Of a DNA stretch of 56,551 bases, positions 1 to 9,069 are shown piece by piece. The position numbers and the translations under genes are program-made. The DNA is from a virus. Its lineage: Duplodnaviria > Caudoviricetes. Position 1 is the first letter of the stretch. Every line of letters starts with the position of its first letter. The stretch covers positions 1-56,551 of the IMG/VR virus record IMGVR_UViG_3300021138_001866. The stretch is one strand, 5' to 3'. A model generated the notes under the pieces. It made no database searches and was not told where the DNA came from. It was given only the letters and a program-made list of their open reading frames with translations.

Positions 1-86
1 GTGCCAATACCTTCTTCGTCCTTGGCAAAGCTACCCACGTTTCGTGGGTTTTCATAGTGATCAATTACCTGAGATGAGTATGCCAT
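1..86 (-). CDS. iscU: Fe-S cluster scaffold IscU, N-terminal part (runs off the window)
   Basis: Not in the ORF track. Manual translation from ATG at 86 gives MAYSSQVIDHYENPRNVGSFAKDEEGIG, the canonical IscU N-terminus; start overlaps the upstream TAA (TAATG). Confidence 0.9.
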   Translation of the reverse strand, partial: MAYSSQVIDHYENPRNVGSFAKDEEGIG

Positions 87-397
87 TAGTTTGGTACCAA
101 GGCCATTTTCTCTGTGCCTGTTTGTGGATCGGTAATCTGTTGCCAATGGTATCCTGGTGGTGGAGTCTGCGGTGTTGCCTGCGGTTGAACATAAACTACA
201 CTAGGTGGAGAAGTATAAACAACCGGAGGAGGTGCGTAATATCTAGGTTGGGCTAATTCATAACCAATAACACCGCCGATCAAGGCCGGAGCCACCCACC
301 CACCACGATAGCAACAACCACCACGCCAGTGTGCTTCGGCTGATGCTGATCCGACTAATGTTAGTGCTAAGATGCTTGTTAATATAATTTTTTTCAT
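86..397 (-). CDS. Secreted Pro/Tyr-rich (PXPV-like) small protein
   Basis: Signal peptide MKKIILTSILALTLVGSASAEA, then YYAPPPVVY-type repeats; SD AGGAG upstream. Confidence 0.7.
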   Translation of the reverse strand: MKKIILTSILALTLVGSASAEAHWRGGCCYRGGWVAPALIGGVIGYELAQPRYYAPPPVVYTSPPSVVYVQPQATPQTPPPGYHWQQITDPQTGTEKMALVPN

Positions 398-428
398 TGC
401 TAACTCCTTAAAGGTGAGTATACTATAG

Positions 429-457
429 AGTATACTATATTTATAATATTAGGTCAA
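429..457 (-). promoter_or_regulatory. Sigma70-type promoter with a nested T4-like late promoter
   Basis: Minus strand TTGACC-17nt-TATACT; TATAAATA at 438-445 lies inside the spacer. Confidence 0.7.
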
Positions 458-469
458 TGGTATTTTGGA

Positions 470-895
470 TTAACTACGATTGGATAAAGCACGATTTGCC
501 ATAGCGGAAACCGTTTTTTCTGGTGCTGTTTGTGTTTCGGCACCATCTTCGCCTGGAACTTCGATATCGGTATCAACCGGATTAATAAACACGTATTTGG
601 TTCCGTTTTCATCATCTTTAATATTTGCCACAATGCTCTTTACTGCGTCATTATGTTGTTTGGCGTTTTGTAGTGTTTCTAAAGTAAATGCTTCAGCACC
701 TGGTTTATTGCGAACCAAATTGATCAGTGCTTCAACAGAAATCTTAGGAACTGCAGCATGGTTACTACTGTATTGCAATTCTCTTAGGGTATTGATCAGT
801 GCATCAATGGCCACATGGTCAGCATCGTCTTCTACGTATGCTGACAAATCTTCATCGTCTTCAAATAAACGGCCACCGAATTCTGTAAATCTCAT
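470..895 (-). CDS. Hypothetical acidic protein, probable virion/head protein
   Basis: 141-aa ORF coupled to the upstream gene; N-terminus MRFTEF...LFE. Confidence 0.6.
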   Translation of the reverse strand: MRFTEFGGRLFEDDEDLSAYVEDDADHVAIDALINTLRELQYSSNHAAVPKISVEALINLVRNKPGAEAFTLETLQNAKQHNDAVKSIVANIKDDENGTKYVFINPVDTDIEVPGEDGAETQTAPEKTVSAMANRALSNRS

Positions 896-1584
896 TAACG
901 AGGCTCTCTACCTAATTCAGCTGTGCCGCCTGCAGCTGCATCTACAGCACCCATTCCGTCACCTTCAGGTTCCTCAGCGCCCATTGCAGGCTCAGGTGCC
1001 ATACCAGGCATCGTACCTCCCATGCCACTCATACCGCCCATGCTCATATCTGGAGTAGCTTCGCCAGTTAATGCACGAGCAGCTGAGTCAGCTTGTTCGC
1101 GACCATCGCTTAAGGTTTGCCATACTTGTTGTAGTAATGGAGTAACTGTTTGTTTAAATCCTTCAGCACGGTCTTCACCGATTTGATCGCGGATAGTATC
1201 TAATAATGCAGGTAACTGTTCGTTCTGCATTTTACCAATTTTTTCTAGCATGTCTTGAATGCTATCAACCATGTCTTTAGCAGCTAAGATTGCTTCGCTT
1301 TTAGCCATTTCGCTTTCTTGGATAAGAACATGACGGTTCTCTACCATCCAACGATTTAGACTTTCGCGGACCATAAACATTTCCATATACTGAGGATTTT
1401 TTTCAGCAGTATGAGCACCATGTGTGCGTTTAACTGCATCTAAACTTTCTGTAATACCTTTAGCCAATTTATATGCCTTAGGGAATGTTAAATTATCGTA
1501 GTCAATCTTAAAGCCAAAGCGGCTTTCTACTACTTGGTTAATTTTTTTAGCTTTTGGCTGATTGCCGATTTCTGTTAATCTCAT
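895..1584 (-). CDS. Hypothetical coiled-coil protein with low-complexity acidic C-terminus, probable head/core protein
   Basis: 229-aa ORF, helical, Gly/Met/Glu-rich tail; N-terminus MRLTE. Confidence 0.6.
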   Translation of the reverse strand: MRLTEIGNQPKAKKINQVVESRFGFKIDYDNLTFPKAYKLAKGITESLDAVKRTHGAHTAEKNPQYMEMFMVRESLNRWMVENRHVLIQESEMAKSEAILAAKDMVDSIQDMLEKIGKMQNEQLPALLDTIRDQIGEDRAEGFKQTVTPLLQQVWQTLSDGREQADSAARALTGEATPDMSMGGMSGMGGTMPGMAPEPAMGAEEPEGDGMGAVDAAAGGTAELGREPR

Positions 1585-1596
1585 GATTTTTAGGTC

Positions 1597-2130
1597 CTAT
1601 TCCGTCCAAACTTTTAAATATTTAGCTGATTCGATAGATTTCTTAAGAGTTTTTTGTGCTAACTCTAAACGCAACCTAGCGTCTTCAAATCTGGCCGTCC
1701 ATATACTTATGCCGATTATATTCTGATTCTTTATTGCACGATTTTTACTGTTTTCGTAGTGTGTTAAATCATTTTTAAATCGTTTAACTTCACTGTCAGC
1801 TGATTTTATTTCAGCGGCCAGATGGTCAGAATGCACCTGCTCACATAAACAATAAAAAATAGCTGACTGTTTACTGTCAAATTCATGCCGTAATTCACGA
1901 TTATGATCCAACAAATGCCAGTATCCTTCTGCAGGTACAACATATAATTTGCCTATACGATATCCGCCACTGGGCAAAGGCCAGATTAAAGGTATGTGTT
2001 TATTTTTTGATAACTGTGCAAATTCACGATGTGTCCAAGAGCTGATGTATTGTGCAGCGGCAACTATTACAGCATCGACTTGTTGTTTAGTAGGGTTATC
2101 TTGATCTTCTTTTATAGGTAATGCGACCAT
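1597..2130 (-). CDS. Hypothetical protein
   Basis: 177-aa ORF in a co-oriented operon. Confidence 0.6.
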   Translation of the reverse strand: MVALPIKEDQDNPTKQQVDAVIVAAAQYISSWTHREFAQLSKNKHIPLIWPLPSGGYRIGKLYVVPAEGYWHLLDHNRELRHEFDSKQSAIFYCLCEQVHSDHLAAEIKSADSEVKRFKNDLTHYENSKNRAIKNQNIIGISIWTARFEDARLRLELAQKTLKKSIESAKYLKVWTE

Positions 2131-2305
2131 TTTCTTGAATTCTTAATAATACATCCTTGTTAACCAAATGATTTGCTACCAATTGCTGTCTTAGGTCTAA
2201 GTCGGCTTTAAACAGTTGCTGGTTATCTCGTAACATGTCTAAAACTTCAGCTTCCTCATTTGTTATTGGAAGTGTTATATTATTTAAGAGTTCTACAATT
2301 CGCAT
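2096..2305 (-). CDS. Small hypothetical protein
   Basis: 69-aa ORF in the operon; N-terminus MRIVEL. Confidence 0.6.
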   Translation of the reverse strand: MRIVELLNNITLPITNEEAEVLDMLRDNQQLFKADLDLRQQLVANHLVNKDVLLRIQENGRITYKRRSR

Positions 2306-2309
2306 TATT

Positions 2310-2567
2310 TTATTTGAAGTGTGTGGCCAAAAGAGTTATAATACCAGCAACTAGCACACCTATTATAGTTGTACCAATGGTGATTAATGTTTTGTAATGT
2401 CCGCTGTCATTACCTGACAGACTATCTTTGATATCCACAATGTGACCTTCTAGCTTGTCCATGCGGGTTTCAAGGTTGGAAAGTTTAGTGTCCAAGTTAC
2501 TATACCTTTCAGCACATAATTCTACGTGCGCCTCAAGGCTTTTCTTTTCTATATCAGTTGAGGACAT
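2310..2567 (-). CDS. Coiled-coil protein with a C-terminal transmembrane helix (holin/XhlA-like architecture)
   Basis: Heptad-rich N-half and hydrophobic LITIGTTIIGVLVAGIITLL. Confidence 0.55.
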   Translation of the reverse strand: MSSTDIEKKSLEAHVELCAERYSNLDTKLSNLETRMDKLEGHIVDIKDSLSGNDSGHYKTLITIGTTIIGVLVAGIITLLATHFK

Positions 2568-2665
2568 AATGTCTCTTCGCTTTCATTGTTTAAGCGATGC
2601 GCTAATGTGCCTGTGTGAGCCGTAATAGTAAGCCATAATGGTGCCGTAGCATCAACTATTATTTA

Positions 2666-3106
2666 TTAAATATTGCGTATATCACGGTATCCATCTAGAA
2701 AGTAAATATTACGAATTGCACCATGGGGATAAAAAATAGGTAACATAAAACGTGCTGTTTCTTCCAGACCTTGTATAACGGGCACTTGTTCAAAATACTG
2801 TTCTAATAGAGCAACCGGATTATTACTGTTAGCATATACACCTGAGTGTTCAACTGCCCATATCCAGGCCCATACTGAGTGACACCCTTGAAAAAAATCT
2901 CCAAATTCGACCCAATCTAAATCTATACCGTCTTTGCGTATAGGACTGATTATTTCTATTGGTTGTGCACCAAGACCTATTGTCTGTACCACTGTTTCCC
3001 AATTACGCTGTTGATTACGAGCTAGTTCTTCACCGTTACGAGTTACTCCGGTGGCAGTAATATCTACTAGAGTGATGCCTGTGTAATAGTGTAACTGTGT
3101 ATTCAT
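2666..3106 (-). CDS. Hypothetical phage protein
   Basis: 146-aa ORF; late-promoter-like CATAAGTA just upstream. Confidence 0.6.
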   Translation of the reverse strand: MNTQLHYYTGITLVDITATGVTRNGEELARNQQRNWETVVQTIGLGAQPIEIISPIRKDGIDLDWVEFGDFFQGCHSVWAWIWAVEHSGVYANSNNPVALLEQYFEQVPVIQGLEETARFMLPIFYPHGAIRNIYFLDGYRDIRNI

Positions 3107-3123
3107 ACAGATACTTATGCCAC

Positions 3124-3155
3124 AAAAAAACCGACCATAAAGATCGGTTTCTTTT
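3124..3155 (-). terminator. Rho-independent terminator
   Basis: ACCGA/TCGGT stem followed by a U-run on the minus strand, downstream of the 3173-3592 gene. Confidence 0.7.
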
Positions 3156-3172
3156 TATAGTTAAATTAACTA

Positions 3173-3592
3173 TTAAGCAAACTTGATACCACCAGTAGAT
3201 GATACTGTTGCTGTTACAGCATAAACGTTGCTTAAAGCACCGATGTTACCTGCACCGTCACCAGCTAATGTTTGACGAAGTGCGTTTTGTGCTGTTGTAT
3301 CTGTCCAACCTGAACGCTCTGTAATGATGCTGATCTGTGCACCAGAGTCAACTTGGTATGCTAATACAGTTGCGTTACCTTCTAAAATACGTAAAACTGT
3401 CTCAACTGCACCACCAGTTGTTAATTCAGCTGCTAAGTTACCGTTAGCACCAGCTGTTGGGAAAACAACTTTATATGCTGTAATAGGTGCTGCAATACCT
3501 GTGTTGATAATTGCGGCATTAGCAAATGAACGACCTGCGTCTGCGTTTACTACACCGGCTGCGTCGCCGTTAATTCTTGTGAATGTTGCCAT
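3173..3592 (-). CDS. Probable abundant virion structural protein
   Basis: Ala/Gly/Thr-rich, strong SD AAGGAG, CATAAATA upstream, own terminator. Confidence 0.55.
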   Translation of the reverse strand: MATFTRINGDAAGVVNADAGRSFANAAIINTGIAAPITAYKVVFPTAGANGNLAAELTTGGAVETVLRILEGNATVLAYQVDSGAQISIITERSGWTDTTAQNALRQTLAGDGAGNIGALSNVYAVTATVSSTGGIKFA

Positions 3593-3660
3593 TTTAAATC
3601 TCCTTAATTAAATGAGCCCTTAAGGACTACATGCAAATATTTATGATGATCAGTAAAAAA

Positions 3661-4755
3661 CTATAGCCTACCTTGAACATTTGCAGTGGAAAATACGCTA
3701 CGATCTACCAGCTTTATAAACCCGCTGGGAGTATCTATGTTGAATCCTTCGCCCTTGGGTTGTCCGCCCACCGACTGCTCTATACCTGTGACCTGCGAGT
3801 CTAACTGTTTTAATATAGCTAGTTTTAATACAGCTACTTTACTATATACCTGATCTAGTGCTGCCAAAATAGGCTTATTTTTCTTGTCTATTACTATATT
3901 AAATTGTGGGCGTGTTAATTTACTCTGTAGCCAATTACCATCCACTGCTTGATTGGTTGCCTTACGATTATAGTATTGCTGTAGTCGATCTTTGCTGGCC
4001 TGAGTCAGACTGCTTAAAAATTCATCACCACCTAAACTGGCAAAGGTATTTACTGCTCTTATGGCGTCGTTTTTGGCCTTAACCGGTTCTTTCATCTTAA
4101 AGGATGTGCCCATGTTGCCGGTGAATACGGTAATGTATTCGTTAGTGCCAGACAATCCACCTAGGCCCAGCAAACTTTGACGACCGACCAATGGACTGCT
4201 TTTAGACTTTTCTATGTCTGACCCATAGCTGTGTACTGCTAGACCTACAGCACGGCCGGCAATTTGTTTGCCTAGGTCACTGTGAGCATCTACACTATAG
4301 GTTACACCGTGTGGGTTTGGTTTAAACACAAACTTGCCTGCTACAGGAGTCAGTGGATCTGTCCACATTAGATCTCCTTGTACAAATCCTTTGAAATTTG
4401 CAGGGCATATACTGCCTACTGCATTAAACACCTTGGCCAGCATCTGTGCTACTTCTGGATTCTTGGCACGGTCACTAAAAAACTTTATTAGTTCTTCGGC
4501 ACTAGTAACCTGTCCGCCAGCTTCACCAATATACTCTTTATAGTTCATAGTGAAACGACCATCACTGGTTCTACGGCCAAATATAATAGCCGGCGATCCG
4601 TCCCATTTGATGCTGACAGTTTCGGGTTGTTGTACAGCACCAATCATGCCGGTAATAGCATCCATGGCCGCGGTACTACCGCCAAAGATAAAATCTTCAG
4701 GGTGTGGTGTTCGAGCACCTTCCATTAGATTTTGTATAAATTCTAATACTATCAT
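3661..4755 (-). CDS. ATP-dependent ligase-fold (RNA-ligase-like) nucleotidyltransferase
   Basis: Motif I KWDG, motif III-like VQGDLM, motif IV EGFNI, motif V-like FIKLV. Confidence 0.6.
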   Translation of the reverse strand: MIVLEFIQNLMEGARTPHPEDFIFGGSTAAMDAITGMIGAVQQPETVSIKWDGSPAIIFGRRTSDGRFTMNYKEYIGEAGGQVTSAEELIKFFSDRAKNPEVAQMLAKVFNAVGSICPANFKGFVQGDLMWTDPLTPVAGKFVFKPNPHGVTYSVDAHSDLGKQIAGRAVGLAVHSYGSDIEKSKSSPLVGRQSLLGLGGLSGTNEYITVFTGNMGTSFKMKEPVKAKNDAIRAVNTFASLGGDEFLSSLTQASKDRLQQYYNRKATNQAVDGNWLQSKLTRPQFNIVIDKKNKPILAALDQVYSKVAVLKLAILKQLDSQVTGIEQSVGGQPKGEGFNIDTPSGFIKLVDRSVFSTANVQGRL

Positions 4756-5762
4756 TGGAAGTATCCTCGGACCATATCAAGGCCTTGTTGTACTTTTTCT
4801 CTATCATCGTTGGCACGTGCTATTGCGGCTGGTGTTGTGGCTTTGTCGCGCTTCTTGGCTGTAATATCTAACATAGCTTTTTCTTCATAACGTTGCCAAA
4901 ACTTATTAATAAAATCTTGTGCATCTGTAAACTTAGCCAAGTCGCCTTGACCAAACATGCTGTTTAATTCACAGCTACGTGCAAATCCTTTGACACCAAT
5001 GACTAGTTTACTTATTTTAACATCTTCGATGTTGTTGCCAGGAAACTGTTTTAACATCGGATCAATTTGAGGATTGTCGATGCCCAACTGTTGAGCTTCG
5101 TAGACAAATGTATCTAGAATAAATGTTTCTGGATTAGTAGTAACTGTAACAACCTGTGTGCCTTTTTGTTTACTAAACGAAACGTGTTTACCGTCTTGTA
5201 CTTTTAACTGTACACCAGCATGTTGAATACTTAGATCAAGTATTTCGCCTAATACGCTGTATATATTACCTGTTAATAATCCTTTAACACCGCGCTCAGG
5301 AGTAACACGTGCGGCGCCCCATTTTTCTAAACGTTCTGGATGCCACATAAAATCTATTTGTACAAAGTCGTTGTTGCCAACCTGGAATGTAGGATGCCCG
5401 GGTTTGTCTCCTACTTCTACATAGGGTAAACCTGCGCTAATAAATTCATTGGTTAACTTATTCCAGTGTGCGGTAAATTGTGTATAACCTTGTCCTGTTG
5501 CTTCTGGCGCAATCATTTGCAAATCAATATCACCATAAATTTTTTCTGGATTGTCGCGAGCATCTTGTTCGTGATATGCGCTACTTCCTGTTGGCCGTCC
5601 GCGACGTATTTCTCCTACTTGTGCTCCGTATTTTTTGTTAAACTCAGCAACAAAGCGATCAACTACTTGTAAAGCTACACTAACAATCTTAGGGTGTAGG
5701 ACTGTGCCCTGTGTTTTAACAGAATCCCAACCGCCTTCAATAACAAATTCTCTTGCTCTCAT
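4752..5762 (-). CDS. Pol-beta-superfamily nucleotidyltransferase
   Basis: TGSS...GDIDL and a third carboxylate in VQIDF. Confidence 0.65.
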   Translation of the reverse strand: MRAREFVIEGGWDSVKTQGTVLHPKIVSVALQVVDRFVAEFNKKYGAQVGEIRRGRPTGSSAYHEQDARDNPEKIYGDIDLQMIAPEATGQGYTQFTAHWNKLTNEFISAGLPYVEVGDKPGHPTFQVGNNDFVQIDFMWHPERLEKWGAARVTPERGVKGLLTGNIYSVLGEILDLSIQHAGVQLKVQDGKHVSFSKQKGTQVVTVTTNPETFILDTFVYEAQQLGIDNPQIDPMLKQFPGNNIEDVKISKLVIGVKGFARSCELNSMFGQGDLAKFTDAQDFINKFWQRYEEKAMLDITAKKRDKATTPAAIARANDDREKVQQGLDMVRGYFQ

Positions 5763-6559
5763 CGTAGTTTATTGGACCAGTGTCTTAACCACTCGGTTGG
5801 GTGAGCACTATCTTCTAATTGTGGTAGTTGTCTACCTGAACGTTCTAGATATTCCCGGAAATCTTTTAACTTGGTATCACGTTGGGGGTCGTTACGTAAG
5901 GCTGCAACAGTAGATTCAACACCGGCTAGATCTCGTACTGTGCCTGCAGGCAAAAACATCTTGGCCATTACTGCTGGATCATCTGTGACCAATTCATCGG
6001 TAAGACGGTCATGTACTCCGTCGTGCATGGCCACTTTAACGCCTAGTGTTTTGCCAATGCTGTTAAACAGCACAGCACGGTCAACACCTTTGAATTGACT
6101 ACCAGCTGGCATGGCTGCCATCATAAACCTAGTCCACTTCATTCTGTTTACAAAATTAAAATCTGTTTGCACAAACCCATTTTTGATATTGCCGTTTATT
6201 GGAGTGCGGAAATGTATTTCAATACCTGACTGATCAATCCAGCCGGCACGAAAGGCAGGTTGTTTACCTTTGGCCTTACGATTCATTATTTCTTCATCAG
6301 GAATACCGTTATGCTTACACCAGTTTACTAAGGTGCTCATTACTGCGTCTTTGGTTAATACGTTAGCATCTAACAGTAGATCTATATCACCAGATGTTTC
6401 GGTAACGCCGGTACTGCCAACCATGGCATCGCGTAGTGTCAAGCCTGTGATTTGTTCGAGCCAAGCAATGGTAGTAGGCACATCCACACGATTAATACGC
6501 TGTGTTAAAGGTACCTGTTGTTGGTCTTTAAAGACATTACCGCCTTCAAGCAGAATCAT
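5759..6559 (-). CDS. Pol-beta-superfamily nucleotidyltransferase
   Basis: VGSTG...SGDIDL and VQTDF; probable start ATG 6559 (ATGA overlap with the upstream stop). Confidence 0.65.
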   Translation of the reverse strand: MILLEGGNVFKDQQQVPLTQRINRVDVPTTIAWLEQITGLTLRDAMVGSTGVTETSGDIDLLLDANVLTKDAVMSTLVNWCKHNGIPDEEIMNRKAKGKQPAFRAGWIDQSGIEIHFRTPINGNIKNGFVQTDFNFVNRMKWTRFMMAAMPAGSQFKGVDRAVLFNSIGKTLGVKVAMHDGVHDRLTDELVTDDPAVMAKMFLPAGTVRDLAGVESTVAALRNDPQRDTKLKDFREYLERSGRQLPQLEDSAHPTEWLRHWSNKLR

Positions 6560-8796
6560 TTTATCTGATCCCACAGCAGTGCTGAAAAATCAATAGATGA
6601 TTCTTCTAATGCCGGTTTTTTGTTTATTTTACCAGAAGTAACCGGTGTCTTGATAGTATCAACTTGTTGTTGATTTTTTGTTCTTTGATCCGCGTAAAAT
6701 TGATCCATATTAGGGTTCAAAATCCTGCTCGGTTTGTATTTTGTTTGTGTTGGTGCTGTGGTATTTGAATAACTGCTAGGACTTTGACCATAATTTACAG
6801 ATGTGTTGTTGGTGCCGGGTACTGTTGTAGCTCCATTTTTAGATGTAACTGGCGGGTTAGTACCGGTTACATTAGGAACACCGGTGGGTACATTGTATGT
6901 AGGAGTTGCATAACTGCTAGGACTTTGACCATAATTTACAGGTGTCTTTGCCGGCTCGCCGGTTTCTTCATCATAATCAGGTCCGGCTGTGGGTTGGGTT
7001 GTTGGTTGTGTGGCTGTGGGTTGGGTTGTTGGTTGTGTGGCTGTGGGTTGGGTTGTTGGTTGTGTGGCTGTGGGTTGGGTTGTTGCTGGCGTTCCTTGGT
7101 TACGAGCAACCTTGCGACGACCAACATAGTCAGGACTGGTTGGAGTTTCTTGCGCTTGTTTGTCCAACATTGCAGCAACGCTTGCATCAACTGGTTTGTT
7201 GTCGAGCCCAACCCATTGATCGCCAAATTTTTTGTATTGCGTTGGTTTTCCATACCGGTCTTTGATTGTGACCATGTTTTTATCTGTGCCTTTATCGGCC
7301 ACACTTTGTCCAACAGGAGCAAATGCTCCGCGTTTGATTGCATCAGCTGCTCCTTTGGCCAAGTCACCAACCACATTACCAGCTTTGGTTCCTATACCAT
7401 CAGTGGCTTGATCGGTGTCTTGATCGGTGTCTTGTGATACCGTGGCAGGTGATTGCGCACCTGTGTGTGGGTTAACTGCCTGTGCTGGTTGCGCGGCAGG
7501 CTCTGTAGTTGCTGTAGTAGCAGGAGCGGCCTGCACTCTTGCTGGATTAGGTTCCATTGCGCCAGCGGCTTGTGTGGTTACTTGATCTGTATTCTCTGGC
7601 GGTGTCTGTGCTGTGCTAGTAGGAATTTTCATACTGGTATATATTTGATTAATAACTTCGGGACTAACTCCAGCCTGTTGTAATACTTGTGCTACTTCAT
7701 CGCTATCAGTAGGCGAACCAGCTTTCTTCCAGGCAGATTGTAATTTGTCGGCAGTAACCTTGGTAGTTAAGTTCTTGCCTTTGGTCCGTGCCCAATTACC
7801 AACTGCGCCAGCGGCCTTTTTAAACATATCGCCGATGCCTTCGTTAGTTAATTGAACACCACCACGCGGACGACCAATACTTTCGTGTAATGCCCAGGTA
7901 TAAACAGTTAACTTACGATCAACATATCGAGATTCTTTGAATCCACTAAAATCTTGGCCTGCAGCGCCTCCAACAGCTTTTGCAGACCCAAGCATACCTT
8001 CTTTACCTGCTGCACTTAAAAATGCTTTAGTGGCTTCAGCATAGTTAGGATCTGTAGGGCTAATTGTTTGTCCAGCCATTACAATGTCTCCTACTACTTT
8101 ACCATGATCAACTTGAGCAGAAAACGGAATTCCATTTTTAGACCAAGAAATATTATCAATTGATCCAGGAGCACCCTGCAATGCCTTGCCAATCTGTCCA
8201 GCACCGTAAGCCACAGCACCTGTCTTGGCACCAGCGTAAGCGGCACTACTAAACTTTTCACCTTGTAGCAGTTTGTCAGTCATTTTTAATAGACCCAGTG
8301 CGGCTGCACCACCTACACCAGCCCCACTGATACCTGCGGCCGCTATAAGGGCACTATATATTAAACTTTGAGCTATAGGATGTTTTTTAGCAAAATCTCG
8401 ATATTTTTGTATATACTGCATCACACCGGTATCGCCACCGGTTGCTTGCTTTAACTTTTCTGCGGCTTGGTCATACTTGGCATCAATGCCTTGAATAGGA
8501 CCAGAGTTTTGAACTTTAGTTTTTAAATCGTCCCAAGCCTTGTTTACAGCAATAGCAACATCTTTGCCTTGGCCAATCATGGTGCGGTTACCACCTGCAG
8601 CAGTAGCACCTTGTTCAGCTTGTTGGAATAACTGTTGAATTTGTGCTGGAGTTAATTGTGCTTCTATAATTTTACGGCCGGCCGATTCCCATAACTTATA
8701 TGTGCGGCTTTCTGTTAGATTAATGGTCTCACTCAAGTCTTTAGTCTTCTTGTTTAATGCTTTATGTTGCTCATTTACAATATCATTAATCCTCAT
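6556..8796 (-). CDS. Large low-complexity protein, probable internal virion protein
   Basis: 746 aa; Gly/Ala hydrophobic segment and a Thr/Pro/Gln-rich repetitive C-half. Confidence 0.6.
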   Translation of the reverse strand: MRINDIVNEQHKALNKKTKDLSETINLTESRTYKLWESAGRKIIEAQLTPAQIQQLFQQAEQGATAAGGNRTMIGQGKDVAIAVNKAWDDLKTKVQNSGPIQGIDAKYDQAAEKLKQATGGDTGVMQYIQKYRDFAKKHPIAQSLIYSALIAAAGISGAGVGGAAALGLLKMTDKLLQGEKFSSAAYAGAKTGAVAYGAGQIGKALQGAPGSIDNISWSKNGIPFSAQVDHGKVVGDIVMAGQTISPTDPNYAEATKAFLSAAGKEGMLGSAKAVGGAAGQDFSGFKESRYVDRKLTVYTWALHESIGRPRGGVQLTNEGIGDMFKKAAGAVGNWARTKGKNLTTKVTADKLQSAWKKAGSPTDSDEVAQVLQQAGVSPEVINQIYTSMKIPTSTAQTPPENTDQVTTQAAGAMEPNPARVQAAPATTATTEPAAQPAQAVNPHTGAQSPATVSQDTDQDTDQATDGIGTKAGNVVGDLAKGAADAIKRGAFAPVGQSVADKGTDKNMVTIKDRYGKPTQYKKFGDQWVGLDNKPVDASVAAMLDKQAQETPTSPDYVGRRKVARNQGTPATTQPTATQPTTQPTATQPTTQPTATQPTTQPTAGPDYDEETGEPAKTPVNYGQSPSSYATPTYNVPTGVPNVTGTNPPVTSKNGATTVPGTNNTSVNYGQSPSSYSNTTAPTQTKYKPSRILNPNMDQFYADQRTKNQQQVDTIKTPVTSGKINKKPALEESSIDFSALLWDQIK
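6769..6941. repeat. 32-bp perfect direct repeat, two copies
   Basis: ATAACTGCTAGGACTTTGACCATAATTTACAG at 6769-6800 and 6910-6941, encoding VNYGQSPSSY twice. Confidence 0.85.
6985..7085. repeat. 27-bp tandem repeat, about 3.7 copies
   Basis: GGCTGTGGGTTGGGTTGTTGGTTGTGT starting at 6985, 7012, 7039 and 7066; encodes TQPTATQPT. Confidence 0.9.
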
Positions 8797-9040
8797 TATC
8801 GCCCCTTAATTTGCGTACTCCTCGGATAAATTTATTAGGATCTTGGCTACGAATACTGTTTAATAGACGATTTTCCAACTGCTGTGCTATTTCACTATCA
8901 TAATTTTCTCTAATGTAATTCATTAGATTAATAGCACTGGTAATAACGTTATTAGCACGTGATTCCACGAGGTTTTCGCGGTCTCGATGTACTAACAGGC
9001 TATCGATTTCGTCTAATATGCTACGAGTACGCTTCTGCAA
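8786..9040 (-). CDS. Small helical hypothetical protein
   Basis: 84-aa ORF, TTG start after GGAG; perfect TATAAATA at 9062-9069. Confidence 0.6.
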   Translation of the reverse strand: MQKRTRSILDEIDSLLVHRDRENLVESRANNVITSAINLMNYIRENYDSEIAQQLENRLLNSIRSQDPNKFIRGVRKLRGDNED

Positions 9041-9061
9041 GATTTAACTCCGATTTAGTTA

Positions 9062-9069
9062 TATTTATA
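9062..9069 (-). promoter_or_regulatory. T4-like late promoter TATAAATA
   Basis: Exact match at the head of the virion-gene operon. Confidence 0.6.

Noticed and set aside
6985-7085. CRISPR array
   Set aside because: Head-to-tail coding repeat with no spacers; no cas genes.
480-7683. Antisense ORFs such as 480-1058, 6270-6596 and 6784-7437, and similar ones window-wide
   Set aside because: They shadow well-supported genes on the other strand and have no SD or motifs.
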